Virus record (IMG/VR): IMGVR_UViG_3300032242_003291
Location: 62,001 to 126,000 of that record
Direction: 5' to 3' (one strand)
DNA: 64,000 bases
The notes under the pieces were generated by a model. That model ran no database searches, had not been told where the DNA came from, and saw nothing but the letters and a program-made list of their open reading frames with translations. Position numbers and translations under genes: made by a program. Positions within the stretch are counted from its first letter, which is position 1, and each line of letters begins with the position of its first letter. Shown one piece after another: positions 39,266 to 48,502 of this stretch.

Positions 39266-40096
39266 TTATAATTTGTTTCCACAAGACGGACAAAACTTAT
39301 AGTTTGATTTCATCTTGGTTCCACACTCAGTACAATATTGTCTAATTTCATCAACGTTAATGTTTTTTGAACTTTTAGGTTGAATCTTAAATTTAATTGT
39401 ATGGGATGTGTAATAATTAAATTGTTCGTAAGAGTTAGTAAAAGTTTGATTTGATTGTTCACCTTTTTCTACTCGACCAGTTTCTATGGATTTTTTTCCT
39501 TTTCTTTCAGAATATAAACCTCTGTCTTTAATGTCTCTCATTATTGCTCCAGTGTCAATTGAACTTGTATGAGTTGCATTTGAAGTGTTAAAGGTTGATA
39601 GTGAAGTTGTTCCATATGTAACTCCTCCTGTTGTACTTATCGTAGTTCCAAGTAATGGATTATAATTATGCATATGATTTCCATAGTATATACCACTACC
39701 ATAAATGGTTCTGTTACCACCTACATATAAAAAATTACTACTAATTTCTTGTTCATCATAGAACTCAATTTGAACGTCACCATTTAAATCAATTGCAGAC
39801 CTATTTTCAGACGTATCTTTTACCTGATAGGTACTGAACTCAAACTTGTTATTGGAGTCAAAGAAACGTTCTAAAAACACTCTCTGACCTGGTCTTAATA
39901 CAACACCATTGTTGGAAATGTATTCACCATTCAATTTGATTTTACAGAGAACCGATTTTTGTTTTGGATTATGGATTTCGAATTCGAAGTTGTCTTTATC
40001 GTTAAGGAAGACTACGTGGTCGTTATAGACCTTTAGACGTGACTTTTTCTTTGTAATGTGCGCAGTCGGCTTGCCCACTTGTGTTGCGTAATTCAT
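39266..40096 (-). CDS. Hypothetical protein with Ig-like N-domain and C-terminal double zinc ribbon
   Basis: LNGEYISNNGVVLRPGQRVFLERF; ETGRVEKG; CTECG...FCPSCG. Confidence 0.7.
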   Translation of the reverse strand: MNYATQVGKPTAHITKKKSRLKVYNDHVVFLNDKDNFEFEIHNPKQKSVLCKIKLNGEYISNNGVVLRPGQRVFLERFFDSNNKFEFSTYQVKDTSENRSAIDLNGDVQIEFYDEQEISSNFLYVGGNRTIYGSGIYYGNHMHNYNPLLGTTISTTGGVTYGTTSLSTFNTSNATHTSSIDTGAIMRDIKDRGLYSERKGKKSIETGRVEKGEQSNQTFTNSYEQFNYYTSHTIKFKIQPKSSKNINVDEIRQYCTECGTKMKSNYKFCPSCGNKL

Positions 40097-40234
40097 GTTT
40101 TTTAATTTTATATTAGCTTATGACTACGTTACCAATACCTTTATATCCGTGAATATTCAACAGCCTGTTATGGCTGGGGACTGATAAACTAAAATCTAAT
40201 AATAAATATATTCTACAATAAATTGTTGTAAATA

Positions 40235-40263
40235 AAAAAGGGTCCTTTTTGAGGACCCTTTTT
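40235..40263. terminator. Terminator downstream of the major capsid gene
   Basis: AAAAAGGGTCCT-TTTTG-AGGACCCTTTTT. Confidence 0.85.
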
Positions 40264-40281
40264 GTATCGTTAAAGAATAGA

Positions 40282-42093
40282 TTATCTCAATTCTTTTAAG
40301 TCGAATGTTCTTACGCCATCAACTGTGATTCTACCGTAGAATCTGTTGTTCACCATCTTCTTAGCGTATCTAGTCATGATACCTTTGATTGGTGTGAAGT
40401 TGAACGGATTGTACATTGTAGGAGTAAGTTGTAATGGAACGTATGGTGCGTAGATGTAACCTGTATCTAACAAAGAAGTACCTTTGTGACCCATTAACAC
40501 TTGGTTTGGTGGGAAGTAAGGGTCTCTGTAAACTTGGTATCTACCAGCTAATGTACCAACTCTTTCAATACCCATGTTGTATTGGTCTTGCTCAGGAGCT
40601 GCATTTGAAACGTGGAAATACTCCAAGTCATCAAAGATAGCACTGATTTCAGAAGAAACAACTATCCAGTTAGCACCACCTCTTAAAGTAGACTTATGGA
40701 TTTGTGCAGAAATTTGGTTGATTGCTGTGATTAACGTTTGGTTCCAGTCTTTTTGTGTGTAAGGTTGTGCCTGACCACCAAGTCTCTTCCATCCGTTGTA
40801 ATCCCATCTTAAGTTCCAAGCTGCACCTTTTCTTAAATCTCTCAAGATTTCTCTATCGATTTCAGCAGCAACTTGCTCAGATAATAATGCTGTTAATTCA
40901 GCTTCAGCGTCGATGTTGTGGAAAGCCGCAACGTCTTGAGCCATTTCAGGAGACCATTGTGCTCTTAATTTTCTTTCAGTTACAGAAACTGTTACTGACA
41001 TTAAGTCAAATGAAACCTCACCAATTTTATCTTCAAATTCTAAGTTCTTATAGATTCTATAAGTAGCTGAGAACGCGTTGTTAGTCGCTGTAGAAGAAGA
41101 GAATGTAGAACCTGTGTAACCGTCCATAGAACCGCCACAAGTAATACATACTGGTACTTGTAAATCAACCTCTAAGTAGATGAATCCTTGTGCATCACAG
41201 ATGTTGTCATATTGACCACCATCAGTTAATGAGTTAGGGAATACTAATGTAGTGTTGTTGTTACCGTATTGAACGATACCTTTACCATATCTTTGAGTTA
41301 CAACTCTGAATAAGTAAGGACCACCGCCTGCAGTTGTAGTGTTTGTAGAAACACCATTGATTGTTAAATCAGCTAAGAAAGACTCAGTATCCATTGGTTG
41401 ACCGTCTGGACCGATTAACTTACCAGCTCCATCAGATGCGAAACCTGACATGATAACTAATACTTTTCTGTAATCAGTTAATGCGTAAGCTGCTGGTTCT
41501 AAATTTAATGTTGTGCTATTCCATTGTGCAGTAACAACTGAAGTGTTTGCAGATGTAATAGAACTGAATTGTCCTTTAGAATAGTCATATAAACCTGGAG
41601 GGTCTAATGCTGGTTCAGCACCTTCGTAGAATCTATCGTAAAGGTCTCTACCTGTATTATAGTCATAACCTGCGTTAGGTGATGCTGGACCGTTTGGTGC
41701 TCCAAAAGGTGAATAATGAATACCAGTGTTGTCGTTTTGACCACCACCTACTTCATATTGTTGAATGTTTGGTACAAAGTAGAATAATTTACCGATTGGT
41801 AAGTTCATAGCTTGTACTGAAACGATATCGTTAGCTAACAATTTAGAGAAAACTCTTCTTACGATTGGAAATACAACAGTTTCAAATGCACCTGTGTCAG
41901 ATGTAGATGAAGCTTCGTTGATTAAGAAAGACGCTTGGTTTTCATATAATTGTGCTACGTTTTCTCTCATGTGACCTTTAAGACCTTCTAAAAAGCCTAA
42001 TTTGTCCCATTTGTTGATTGTATCTTCTTTGATAACTTTAAGGTGCTTAAGACCGATGTTACCAACAAGACCTGATTCTAATAATGCTCCCAT
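40282..42093 (-). CDS. Major capsid protein, T4 gp23-like
   Basis: IVRRVF, VSVQAMNLPIGKLFY, VTERKLRAQWS.E.AQD...H.IDAE.EL, EIDREI, YAPYVPL, GIMTRY. Confidence 0.95.
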   Translation of the reverse strand: MGALLESGLVGNIGLKHLKVIKEDTINKWDKLGFLEGLKGHMRENVAQLYENQASFLINEASSTSDTGAFETVVFPIVRRVFSKLLANDIVSVQAMNLPIGKLFYFVPNIQQYEVGGGQNDNTGIHYSPFGAPNGPASPNAGYDYNTGRDLYDRFYEGAEPALDPPGLYDYSKGQFSSITSANTSVVTAQWNSTTLNLEPAAYALTDYRKVLVIMSGFASDGAGKLIGPDGQPMDTESFLADLTINGVSTNTTTAGGGPYLFRVVTQRYGKGIVQYGNNNTTLVFPNSLTDGGQYDNICDAQGFIYLEVDLQVPVCITCGGSMDGYTGSTFSSSTATNNAFSATYRIYKNLEFEDKIGEVSFDLMSVTVSVTERKLRAQWSPEMAQDVAAFHNIDAEAELTALLSEQVAAEIDREILRDLRKGAAWNLRWDYNGWKRLGGQAQPYTQKDWNQTLITAINQISAQIHKSTLRGGANWIVVSSEISAIFDDLEYFHVSNAAPEQDQYNMGIERVGTLAGRYQVYRDPYFPPNQVLMGHKGTSLLDTGYIYAPYVPLQLTPTMYNPFNFTPIKGIMTRYAKKMVNNRFYGRITVDGVRTFDLKELR

Positions 42094-42124
42094 TTTTAGT
42101 ATTTTTTTTGTTTTATTTATTTTA

Positions 42125-43738
42125 TTAACCTAATTTACCCATCAAGTCCTTCATTCTTAAGAATTGAGGATTCTCATAAGTTTTTGATTCAATTAAGGTT
42201 GTTGAAGAACCAGAAGAAACTTGTTTGTTTAATTTAACTTCCACTGACTCGTTCATTGGTTTTGATTCTGTTTTTGCTAACTCGTCTTTCAAAGACTTAT
42301 AAAGATTTTTAGATTCTTTCAAAGTTTCAACATTGTCAAATCTTCTAAGAATATTAATTTTTTCTTTTTTAGTTGTTGAATGTTCAGTAAACAATCTTGT
42401 AGCATATGCCAAGTTGGAATTGAATATCGCAACTTCATTAAGTTTTTCTCTGAAAACATTTAATGCTTTTCTATATTCTTCATTCTTTTCTCTTAACATT
42501 TTGACTTCAATATCAACAGATTCTTTTTTGATAGCAGTATTTGCTTTAGAATGAGCTCTTGGTTTTGGTAAACCACCCTTTCTAAAATTACTACCCATTC
42601 CTAAAGTTCTTGCTTCTTCTTTCGTTTCCGCCTTTTTGATAACTTTAGATTTTCCTTCCATATTTGCACCTTTCTTGTATTCGAATTTAGCCTTGCCAGT
42701 TCCCATTGTTTTAGGTCCTTCTTTTTTATCTTCTTTGAAACCACCTTTACCAGTTGATTTGTAAGAAAACTTAGGGCCATGACCAAGTCCAACACCTTTA
42801 GGTTTTTTTACTCCTAATTTTTTAGCCTCTTTAATTGAGTTGTAAGATTCTTCCATTTCATCAGATTCATCCATTTCGTCATAAGACTCCTCCATTTCAT
42901 CGGACTCATCCATTTCGTCAGCTTCATCTAAATCATCAGCTTCATCTAAATCATCAGATTCATCTAAATCATCAGACTCATCCATTTCATCAGACTCATC
43001 CATTTCATCAGACTCATCCATTTCATCAGACTCATCCATTTCATCAGCTTCATCTAAATCATCAGACTCATCCATTTCATCAGCTTCATCTAAATCATCA
43101 GCTTCATCGAATTCGATTTCGTACATAACTTCATCGCTGTCCATCTCATCTTGGTCAACATCAAAATCTGAAGTTTTACCATCTTTTGAGAAAATTGCGT
43201 CAATAACATCTTGTGTATCAACGTCGTGTTGTTCTTTAATTTTCATTTTTTTGTTTAAGGGTTTTTCTTCAGACTCACCAAGTTTAACTAGATATTCTAC
43301 ATCAGCATCATTATCTTTTAAATGAACGTTGTCACCATCTTTTTTCACGATGATTCCATCTTCTTCACCCATAGCTTTGAATACTTTAAGAATTTCTTCG
43401 TCAGACGCGTCAGTTAAATCTATCGGAGAATCTTCGGAATCCATGTCCATATCCATGTCCATGTCATCCACATTATCTGCATCCATATCTACATCATCAG
43501 AATCCATATCCATGTCAACATCTGTGTCAACATCTGTGTCTTCGTCATCAGTATCAATATCAGCATCTACGTCAACCTCATCATCAGTTTGTTCTGAAAG
43601 AGATTCTTTTACTAATTGATTGATTTCTTGCTTCATTGTAGCAGCAAGTATTCCTTTTGCATTTTCGGCTATCGCTTCTTCAACGTTTTTCATTTGAATT
43701 AGGGCCTCTTCTACTGGATTTTTCTTAGTATCTTGCAT
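42125..43738 (-). CDS. Prohead core scaffolding protein (gp22-like position), extremely acidic
   Basis: Lies between protease and MCP; coiled-coil C-terminus (LNEVAIFNSNLAY...RFD.VET.KE); long D/E tracts. Confidence 0.75.
   Translation of the reverse strand: MQDTKKNPVEEALIQMKNVEEAIAENAKGILAATMKQEINQLVKESLSEQTDDEVDVDADIDTDDEDTDVDTDVDMDMDSDDVDMDADNVDDMDMDMDMDSEDSPIDLTDASDEEILKVFKAMGEEDGIIVKKDGDNVHLKDNDADVEYLVKLGESEEKPLNKKMKIKEQHDVDTQDVIDAIFSKDGKTSDFDVDQDEMDSDEVMYEIEFDEADDLDEADEMDESDDLDEADEMDESDEMDESDEMDESDEMDESDDLDESDDLDEADDLDEADEMDESDEMEESYDEMDESDEMEESYNSIKEAKKLGVKKPKGVGLGHGPKFSYKSTGKGGFKEDKKEGPKTMGTGKAKFEYKKGANMEGKSKVIKKAETKEEARTLGMGSNFRKGGLPKPRAHSKANTAIKKESVDIEVKMLREKNEEYRKALNVFREKLNEVAIFNSNLAYATRLFTEHSTTKKEKINILRRFDNVETLKESKNLYKSLKDELAKTESKPMNESVEVKLNKQVSSGSSTTLIESKTYENPQFLRMKDLMGKLG
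42842..43108 (-). repeat. Coding 18-nt tandem repeat, about 14 x D-E-[AS]-D-[DE]-[LM]
   Basis: Units such as TCATCAGACTCATCCATT on the plus strand; 89 codons in total. Confidence 0.92.
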
Positions 43739-43794
43739 GAAAAATTTTAATTATTTAATGATAAATAGTATCCTACTTGAAAAAAGTTGATTTT

Positions 43795-44118
43795 TTATAG
43801 TTGAACAAACGTTCTTTTTTGAAGTGATATGTTTTGAACTGACATATCTGTTTGTGCTTCAACCCATTTATTAACGTTTGAATAAGTATCATAAATGATG
43901 TATGTCGATATTGTATTTGTAATAGTATCTTTCAATCCAACATTATATGATTCGTCAGAAGACGAATTAACAAGGATAAGTGTTTGTTGTTGAATATTGA
44001 TTGATTGAATAATACTTCCTGTACCTTCTGCCCATGATGTACAATCTCCCCATGTGTTGCCGCTTACTAAAGATGCATTTCCAATACCACTAGTTTGTAA
44101 ACTTACGCTAAATAACAT
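43795..44118 (-). CDS. Hypothetical protein
   Basis: 107 aa, with its own TATTTAT motifs at 44135 and 44147. Confidence 0.55.
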   Translation of the reverse strand: MLFSVSLQTSGIGNASLVSGNTWGDCTSWAEGTGSIIQSINIQQQTLILVNSSSDESYNVGLKDTITNTISTYIIYDTYSNVNKWVEAQTDMSVQNISLQKRTFVQL

Positions 44119-44156
44119 ATTTTTATAATTTACTATAAATATGTCTATAAATAAAA

Positions 44157-44177
44157 AAAGTGGTCATAGACCACTTT
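44157..44177. terminator. Intrinsic terminator-like hairpin
   Basis: AAAGTGGTC-ATA-GACCACTTT, with a U tract on the minus strand. Confidence 0.7.
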
Positions 44178-44179
44178 AT

Positions 44180-44392
44180 TTAACCTTCGATTACTTCATC
44201 GATTTTACTTTCCGACACTGAAGTTATTCTCCAATCGTGTGTAAAACCCTCATATCGTTTTGTAACTTTCGCTTCAACGTCTGTTACTGAAAAACCTTTT
44301 ACAAGTTTTTCTTCTCTAATTTTTTTAATTTTTCCCGAATTTTCATCAGGTAAATCGTACTGAATTTTTGCTACAAAGAATTTTTCGTCCAT
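44180..44392 (-). CDS. Small conserved hypothetical protein in the head operon
   Basis: 70 aa, YDL..ENSGKIKK.REE.LV.G.SVTD.EAKV. Confidence 0.65.
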   Translation of the reverse strand: MDEKFFVAKIQYDLPDENSGKIKKIREEKLVKGFSVTDVEAKVTKRYEGFTHDWRITSVSESKIDEVIEG

Positions 44393-44396
44393 AATT

Positions 44397-45113
44397 TTAT
44401 TTTCCCAAAAAATCGGTTAATTTCTTCATTAAGTCAATAGACTTATCCATTCCTGTAGATTCTTGTTTAATTCTTCTCTCTTCATCTAAGTTTTCTTCAT
44501 ATTTGTCCCTATCCTCAACGTTTGAAAATAAATAAGCTCCTGGTGTTGATGGTGATGATACTAAGTCAAAACAAATTAATTCAAAATCATCTTGTACTTC
44601 ATTTCTTTCTCCCACTTTTTTGAGAGAACCCACACCTCTTGAAGATATACCTAAAGTAACCCCTTGTCTCATCAAGTTTGCCGCTTGGTCTCCTTTAGTA
44701 GAAACAATACCTCTTTCGTGAAAACCTGGTGAAGTTAATAATTTAAGTTTACCCATTAAAATATTTTTATCCCACCATATATCAGTAATAATATGAGATA
44801 CTCTATCTAAGTCTATTAAAGAGGATTCAGGATGATTTAATTCGGATGTTGATAATCCTTTGGCAATTGCCTTTTTATAGTTATCGGCTTCTCTTTTTAA
44901 TATTTGTTCGGGATAAAATCTACCATTTCTGTTTGGTGTATTATATTTTTGAAGAACCGCATAAAATTCGAATGGGTTTCTATAGTCCATGTTTGCCGCT
45001 TCTTTTAATATATCAGCGTTGAGTCTATCTTTTGGAGATATATAACCAGCATCCATTTCAACTAAAATACCGTGACCAACTTCGCTAGCCTCTAAAATTC
45101 TTAAATTTTTCAT
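44397..45113 (-). CDS. Prohead protease, T4 gp21-like
   Basis: NRNGRFYP, SELNHP, LGISSRGVGS, FDLVSSPSTPGA. Confidence 0.93.
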   Translation of the reverse strand: MKNLRILEASEVGHGILVEMDAGYISPKDRLNADILKEAANMDYRNPFEFYAVLQKYNTPNRNGRFYPEQILKREADNYKKAIAKGLSTSELNHPESSLIDLDRVSHIITDIWWDKNILMGKLKLLTSPGFHERGIVSTKGDQAANLMRQGVTLGISSRGVGSLKKVGERNEVQDDFELICFDLVSSPSTPGAYLFSNVEDRDKYEENLDEERRIKQESTGMDKSIDLMKKLTDFLGK

Positions 45114-45149
45114 CTAATCTTTTATGATAAATATATGATATACCGTAGT

Positions 45150-45590
45150 TTATACAGGAATGTCTTTTTTTGAAATTGAAAAATCAAAATATTTGTTTTG
45201 TTTAATGTTATCTCTGAATATGTTTTTTACTATTTGCTTAATTGAATCTTTCAATTCATTTGACTTGAAGTCAAGTTCAGACAATGTGTATAAGTTAACT
45301 TCTAAATTGAAAAAGGATTTTTTTCCATTAGATATCCCACTTGTTCGTAAATCTAAATCAACAATACTTTGCTCTTGAAATAATTCATGATTTATTGAAT
45401 TAAAAACTGAATGTTTTATTTCTCTACTTAAATTACAAACAATCCTATTCCAATTATCTGTTTCATATTTTGGTGTTACCCATGATTGTATGTTTATATA
45501 AACAGATTTAAGGTTTTTGGAATCCACCGTTCCATAGATTGATTTGATTGGATTAAATAGATTTAACTTTACACTTTTTCCTTTTTTCAT
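45150..45590 (-). CDS. Hypothetical phage protein
   Basis: 146-aa ORF. Confidence 0.65.
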   Translation of the reverse strand: MKKGKSVKLNLFNPIKSIYGTVDSKNLKSVYINIQSWVTPKYETDNWNRIVCNLSREIKHSVFNSINHELFQEQSIVDLDLRTSGISNGKKSFFNLEVNLYTLSELDFKSNELKDSIKQIVKNIFRDNIKQNKYFDFSISKKDIPV

Positions 45591-45685
45591 TAATTTTCAT
45601 AATTGTTATGGTTTATTTATTAAAAAATAACATATATAACCATCAATGTCAAAAATTTTCACAAAAAACAAGATATTTGTAGAAT

Positions 45686-45871
45686 ATGATAATAATAGAA
45701 ATTAAAAATGGTGATAACATAGAGAGAGCACTCAAGACTCTTAAATCTAAAGTTATCAAAACAAAACAAACACAAAAATTAAATTCGAAAAAAGAATATA
45801 CAAAAAAATCTGTACTTAGAAGGGCACAGATTTTGAAGGCGAAATATATTCAAAGTAAAAAAAATAATTAG
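45686..45871 (+). CDS. rpsU: Ribosomal protein bS21 homologue
   Basis: 61 aa, basic; IEIKNGDNIERALKTLK.KV.KT....L...KEYTKKSV.RR matches the bS21 pattern; antisense to the head genes. Confidence 0.82.
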   Translation: MIIIEIKNGDNIERALKTLKSKVIKTKQTQKLNSKKEYTKKSVLRRAQILKAKYIQSKKNN

Positions 45872-46563
45872 ATTGATTCTTCTAATTTTTTAAGTTTTAA
45901 AAAATTAACTTGGTCAAACTTTTCAGATTTTAATCTATCTATAGTCTCAGAAATTTTTGTTTTCAATTCAAATTCTTTTTCGTTTTCTAAGATAGTTTGT
46001 AATTTAGTTATTGTGCCTTCTCTTAAAGTTTCAAATTTTGTTTCCAACGATTTAGAATCTTCAGAAATTAATTTGAAAAATTCTTTTTTAGACGTTTCAT
46101 CTAAGTTATCGATGTATGTTCTCAAAGTTTGATTGGCAATGTTGACCATTGATTTAATTGGTATATTAATTGACTCTTTTACAGAATTTGACTCAGTTTT
46201 TAATAAGGAAATTATATTCTTCTTAGCTTGAATTCTTTCGTGTAAATTTAATTTTCCTGAAACTAACACATCAATATCGGAATATTTGTTATTAACATTT
46301 TCCTGAATTGGCTTTGGGAGTTTGATTGATGGTAAAATTTTTCCTAAAAGATTTAAACCTTCTTCTAAAAATTCTTTGGCGTCGGATTCTGAAAGACCTT
46401 GTGGTGTACTCAATTGGTCATACAAAGCATATGCTTTAGATATAGACTTATTGTTCAATACATTTTGTTTGAACTCTCTCAAGGACTTCTTGAATTCTTT
46501 TTCGTTTGTATACGACTCAAGAAGATTTTTTTCAATTATGGATTTGATTGTGCCAAAGGTCAT
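45868..46563 (-). CDS. Hypothetical helical protein of the head module
   Basis: 231 aa; TATTTAT 14 nt upstream. Confidence 0.65.
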   Translation of the reverse strand: MTFGTIKSIIEKNLLESYTNEKEFKKSLREFKQNVLNNKSISKAYALYDQLSTPQGLSESDAKEFLEEGLNLLGKILPSIKLPKPIQENVNNKYSDIDVLVSGKLNLHERIQAKKNIISLLKTESNSVKESINIPIKSMVNIANQTLRTYIDNLDETSKKEFFKLISEDSKSLETKFETLREGTITKLQTILENEKEFELKTKISETIDRLKSEKFDQVNFLKLKKLEESI

Positions 46564-46584
46564 CTTAATATTTTTCTATAAATA

Positions 46585-48465
46585 CTATGAATTTAGTAAC
46601 TTATTCAATTCTTTTGTAATTTCTCCTAAAGAATCTTGTCCGTGACCCAAATCAATAAATTTATCACCATGAATGAAGTTATTTTCTACTAAAATACTTA
46701 AATTATCCATTCTTGATTCAGGTATTGGTGGTTCAGCTCCTGGTGGTGCTTCTGGTGGTGGAGGTCCTCCTGCTTCAGGTGCTCCTCCTGCTTCTGGTGG
46801 TGGCGGAGCTCCTCCTTCTTCACCTCCACCTGATGATGGTGGTGGTGCACCTAATTCTTCAGTTCCTCCTGGTGTAGTTGCTGCGCCAGCATTTGCTGTG
46901 GCGCCTGAAGGACTACCATAAAGTTTATCTATATTATCAAATAATCCTGTCTTAGTAATGACTGTAGGTGTTGCCTTAAGTTCTTCACCAACCGCTCTTT
47001 CAATTCTTTGTTGTTGTAAATCAAGTCTAATTTCTTCATCAGACCAATCAAATATGTGTTTCTTAGCCCAAGTAGATGAAGTTGCTTGAATACCATTTCC
47101 TGGGTCTGCAACCAAATCTTTGTACAATAATATTTTTTCTTTCCAAACATCAACTTTCAACAAGTCAGCTTGAGTAGATGGGTTTGTAAGACCCAATGTG
47201 AAGTTTGAAAGTTCATCTTCAAATCCTAATAAAAATAAATGTATGATAGCAATCTTATTAAGTTCCGCTAACATACTTTTTTGAATCCTATTAATTGTAC
47301 GAGCAAATCTAATATCTTGTAGTGCAAGATTTTTTCCATCACCAACAACTTCTTCAAATCCTAAGAATGCCTTCGGAACACGAAGTGCAGTTAATAATTT
47401 CTTCTGAATATATTCAATGTCGGCAATTTCAGATAAATTTTGAGCTCCTGGTAAAGTATCAATTGGACTTGGTGCTGCTGGGTCTCTAACAGGAACAAAG
47501 TAATCTTGGTCAACTGCCATTTGATTAAATCTCATATCTACATTACCCGTCTTGTTATCAACAATTTGTTCTCTCTTGAATTTGTTAGCAACACGTTGTA
47601 CGTATGCTTCTACATCATCATCATTCATATTTCCAACAAACACTTTGAATATTCTTCTTTCAGGTGCTCTTGATGTTCTATATATTAACATCGCATCTTC
47701 ACACAACAAAAGTTGTTTCCAAGTTCTTCTTGCCTTTTCCAACATAGAAGTACCATAAGGAAGTTTTCTATCGTCACCTAACAATCTGAAGTGAGCAATT
47801 TCCCATGATTGAAATTCCATGTTTTTGTTCTTCCAAGTAAAGTGTAATGCTTTTTTATCTTTGTCTAACTCTTGTGTAATATCTACAGATATCTTTTGAC
47901 TAACACCAACTTCATGTCTTTCAATTTCAATTGTTGGTAATTGTTGTACTCCAGTCACACCTTTTTCAGGGTCCAATTTTAAGTAAACAAAGTTATCACC
48001 GTACTTACAAGTGTTTCTTGTCCACATTGGTAAGTTGGTATTAATATCAAGTGCATTGTTAAATAAGTCAGCTAGTACACCTTTAATTCTTTTTGATTCT
48101 GAATAAATTTGTAAAATAAATCCATCTTCGTTTGTTGTTGTAGATTCTTCCGCATAGATGTCTAACGCTGCAGAAATCTCAGGAGTATACTCCATTGACT
48201 CATAATCGTATTGTGATGACAATCTTGTTGGCTCATAATAAATTGCTTGAGAATATAAATTGTTCTCAACCTTAGCCCATTGATTAGCTAAATAAAAAGT
48301 TTGTTGAGCTTGTAGTTTTTCATTTTCGTACTCTTGCTTGTTTGTAGTACGCAATAATTCCTTCTTATCAAACTTAAAAGTTGGATAATCTTGTCCTAAT
48401 AGAGAGTTTGGTCCAAAAGTTTTGGATAATCTCTGCCATACCGTCTGATTGTTTTGTTCAGCCAT
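46585..48465 (-). CDS. Portal protein, T4 gp20-like
   Basis: EISAALDIY.EE, KYGDNF, YGTSMLE.AR..WKQL.L.EDAMLIYR.SRAPERRIF, EDY-like QDYFVP, DIRFARTI.RIQ. Confidence 0.93.
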   Translation of the reverse strand: MAEQNNQTVWQRLSKTFGPNSLLGQDYPTFKFDKKELLRTTNKQEYENEKLQAQQTFYLANQWAKVENNLYSQAIYYEPTRLSSQYDYESMEYTPEISAALDIYAEESTTTNEDGFILQIYSESKRIKGVLADLFNNALDINTNLPMWTRNTCKYGDNFVYLKLDPEKGVTGVQQLPTIEIERHEVGVSQKISVDITQELDKDKKALHFTWKNKNMEFQSWEIAHFRLLGDDRKLPYGTSMLEKARRTWKQLLLCEDAMLIYRTSRAPERRIFKVFVGNMNDDDVEAYVQRVANKFKREQIVDNKTGNVDMRFNQMAVDQDYFVPVRDPAAPSPIDTLPGAQNLSEIADIEYIQKKLLTALRVPKAFLGFEEVVGDGKNLALQDIRFARTINRIQKSMLAELNKIAIIHLFLLGFEDELSNFTLGLTNPSTQADLLKVDVWKEKILLYKDLVADPGNGIQATSSTWAKKHIFDWSDEEIRLDLQQQRIERAVGEELKATPTVITKTGLFDNIDKLYGSPSGATANAGAATTPGGTEELGAPPPSSGGGEEGGAPPPPEAGGAPEAGGPPPPEAPPGAEPPIPESRMDNLSILVENNFIHGDKFIDLGHGQDSLGEITKELNKLLNS

Positions 48466-48502
48466 ATTACAATTTTACTTATTACCTTGATAATATAAAT
48501 AG

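Noticed and set aside
40120-40195. Twister or hammerhead ribozyme, or a known riboswitch, in the long leader
   Set aside because: GUCCCCAGCC resembles a twister segment, but the matching pseudoknot partners and the hammerhead CUGAUGA/GAAA core are absent. Kept only as an unassigned structured-leader candidate.
42835-43128. Regular 18-nt repeats as a CRISPR array, and the His/Gln/Pro-repeat plus-strand ORF
   Set aside because: There are no unique spacers. The repeat is in frame within the scaffold gene, and the ORF is its antisense shadow.
45672-45679. Bacteroidota -7 promoter for bS21 (GATATTTG)
   Set aside because: It mismatches the conserved first T and has no TTTG at -33, which is too weak to call.
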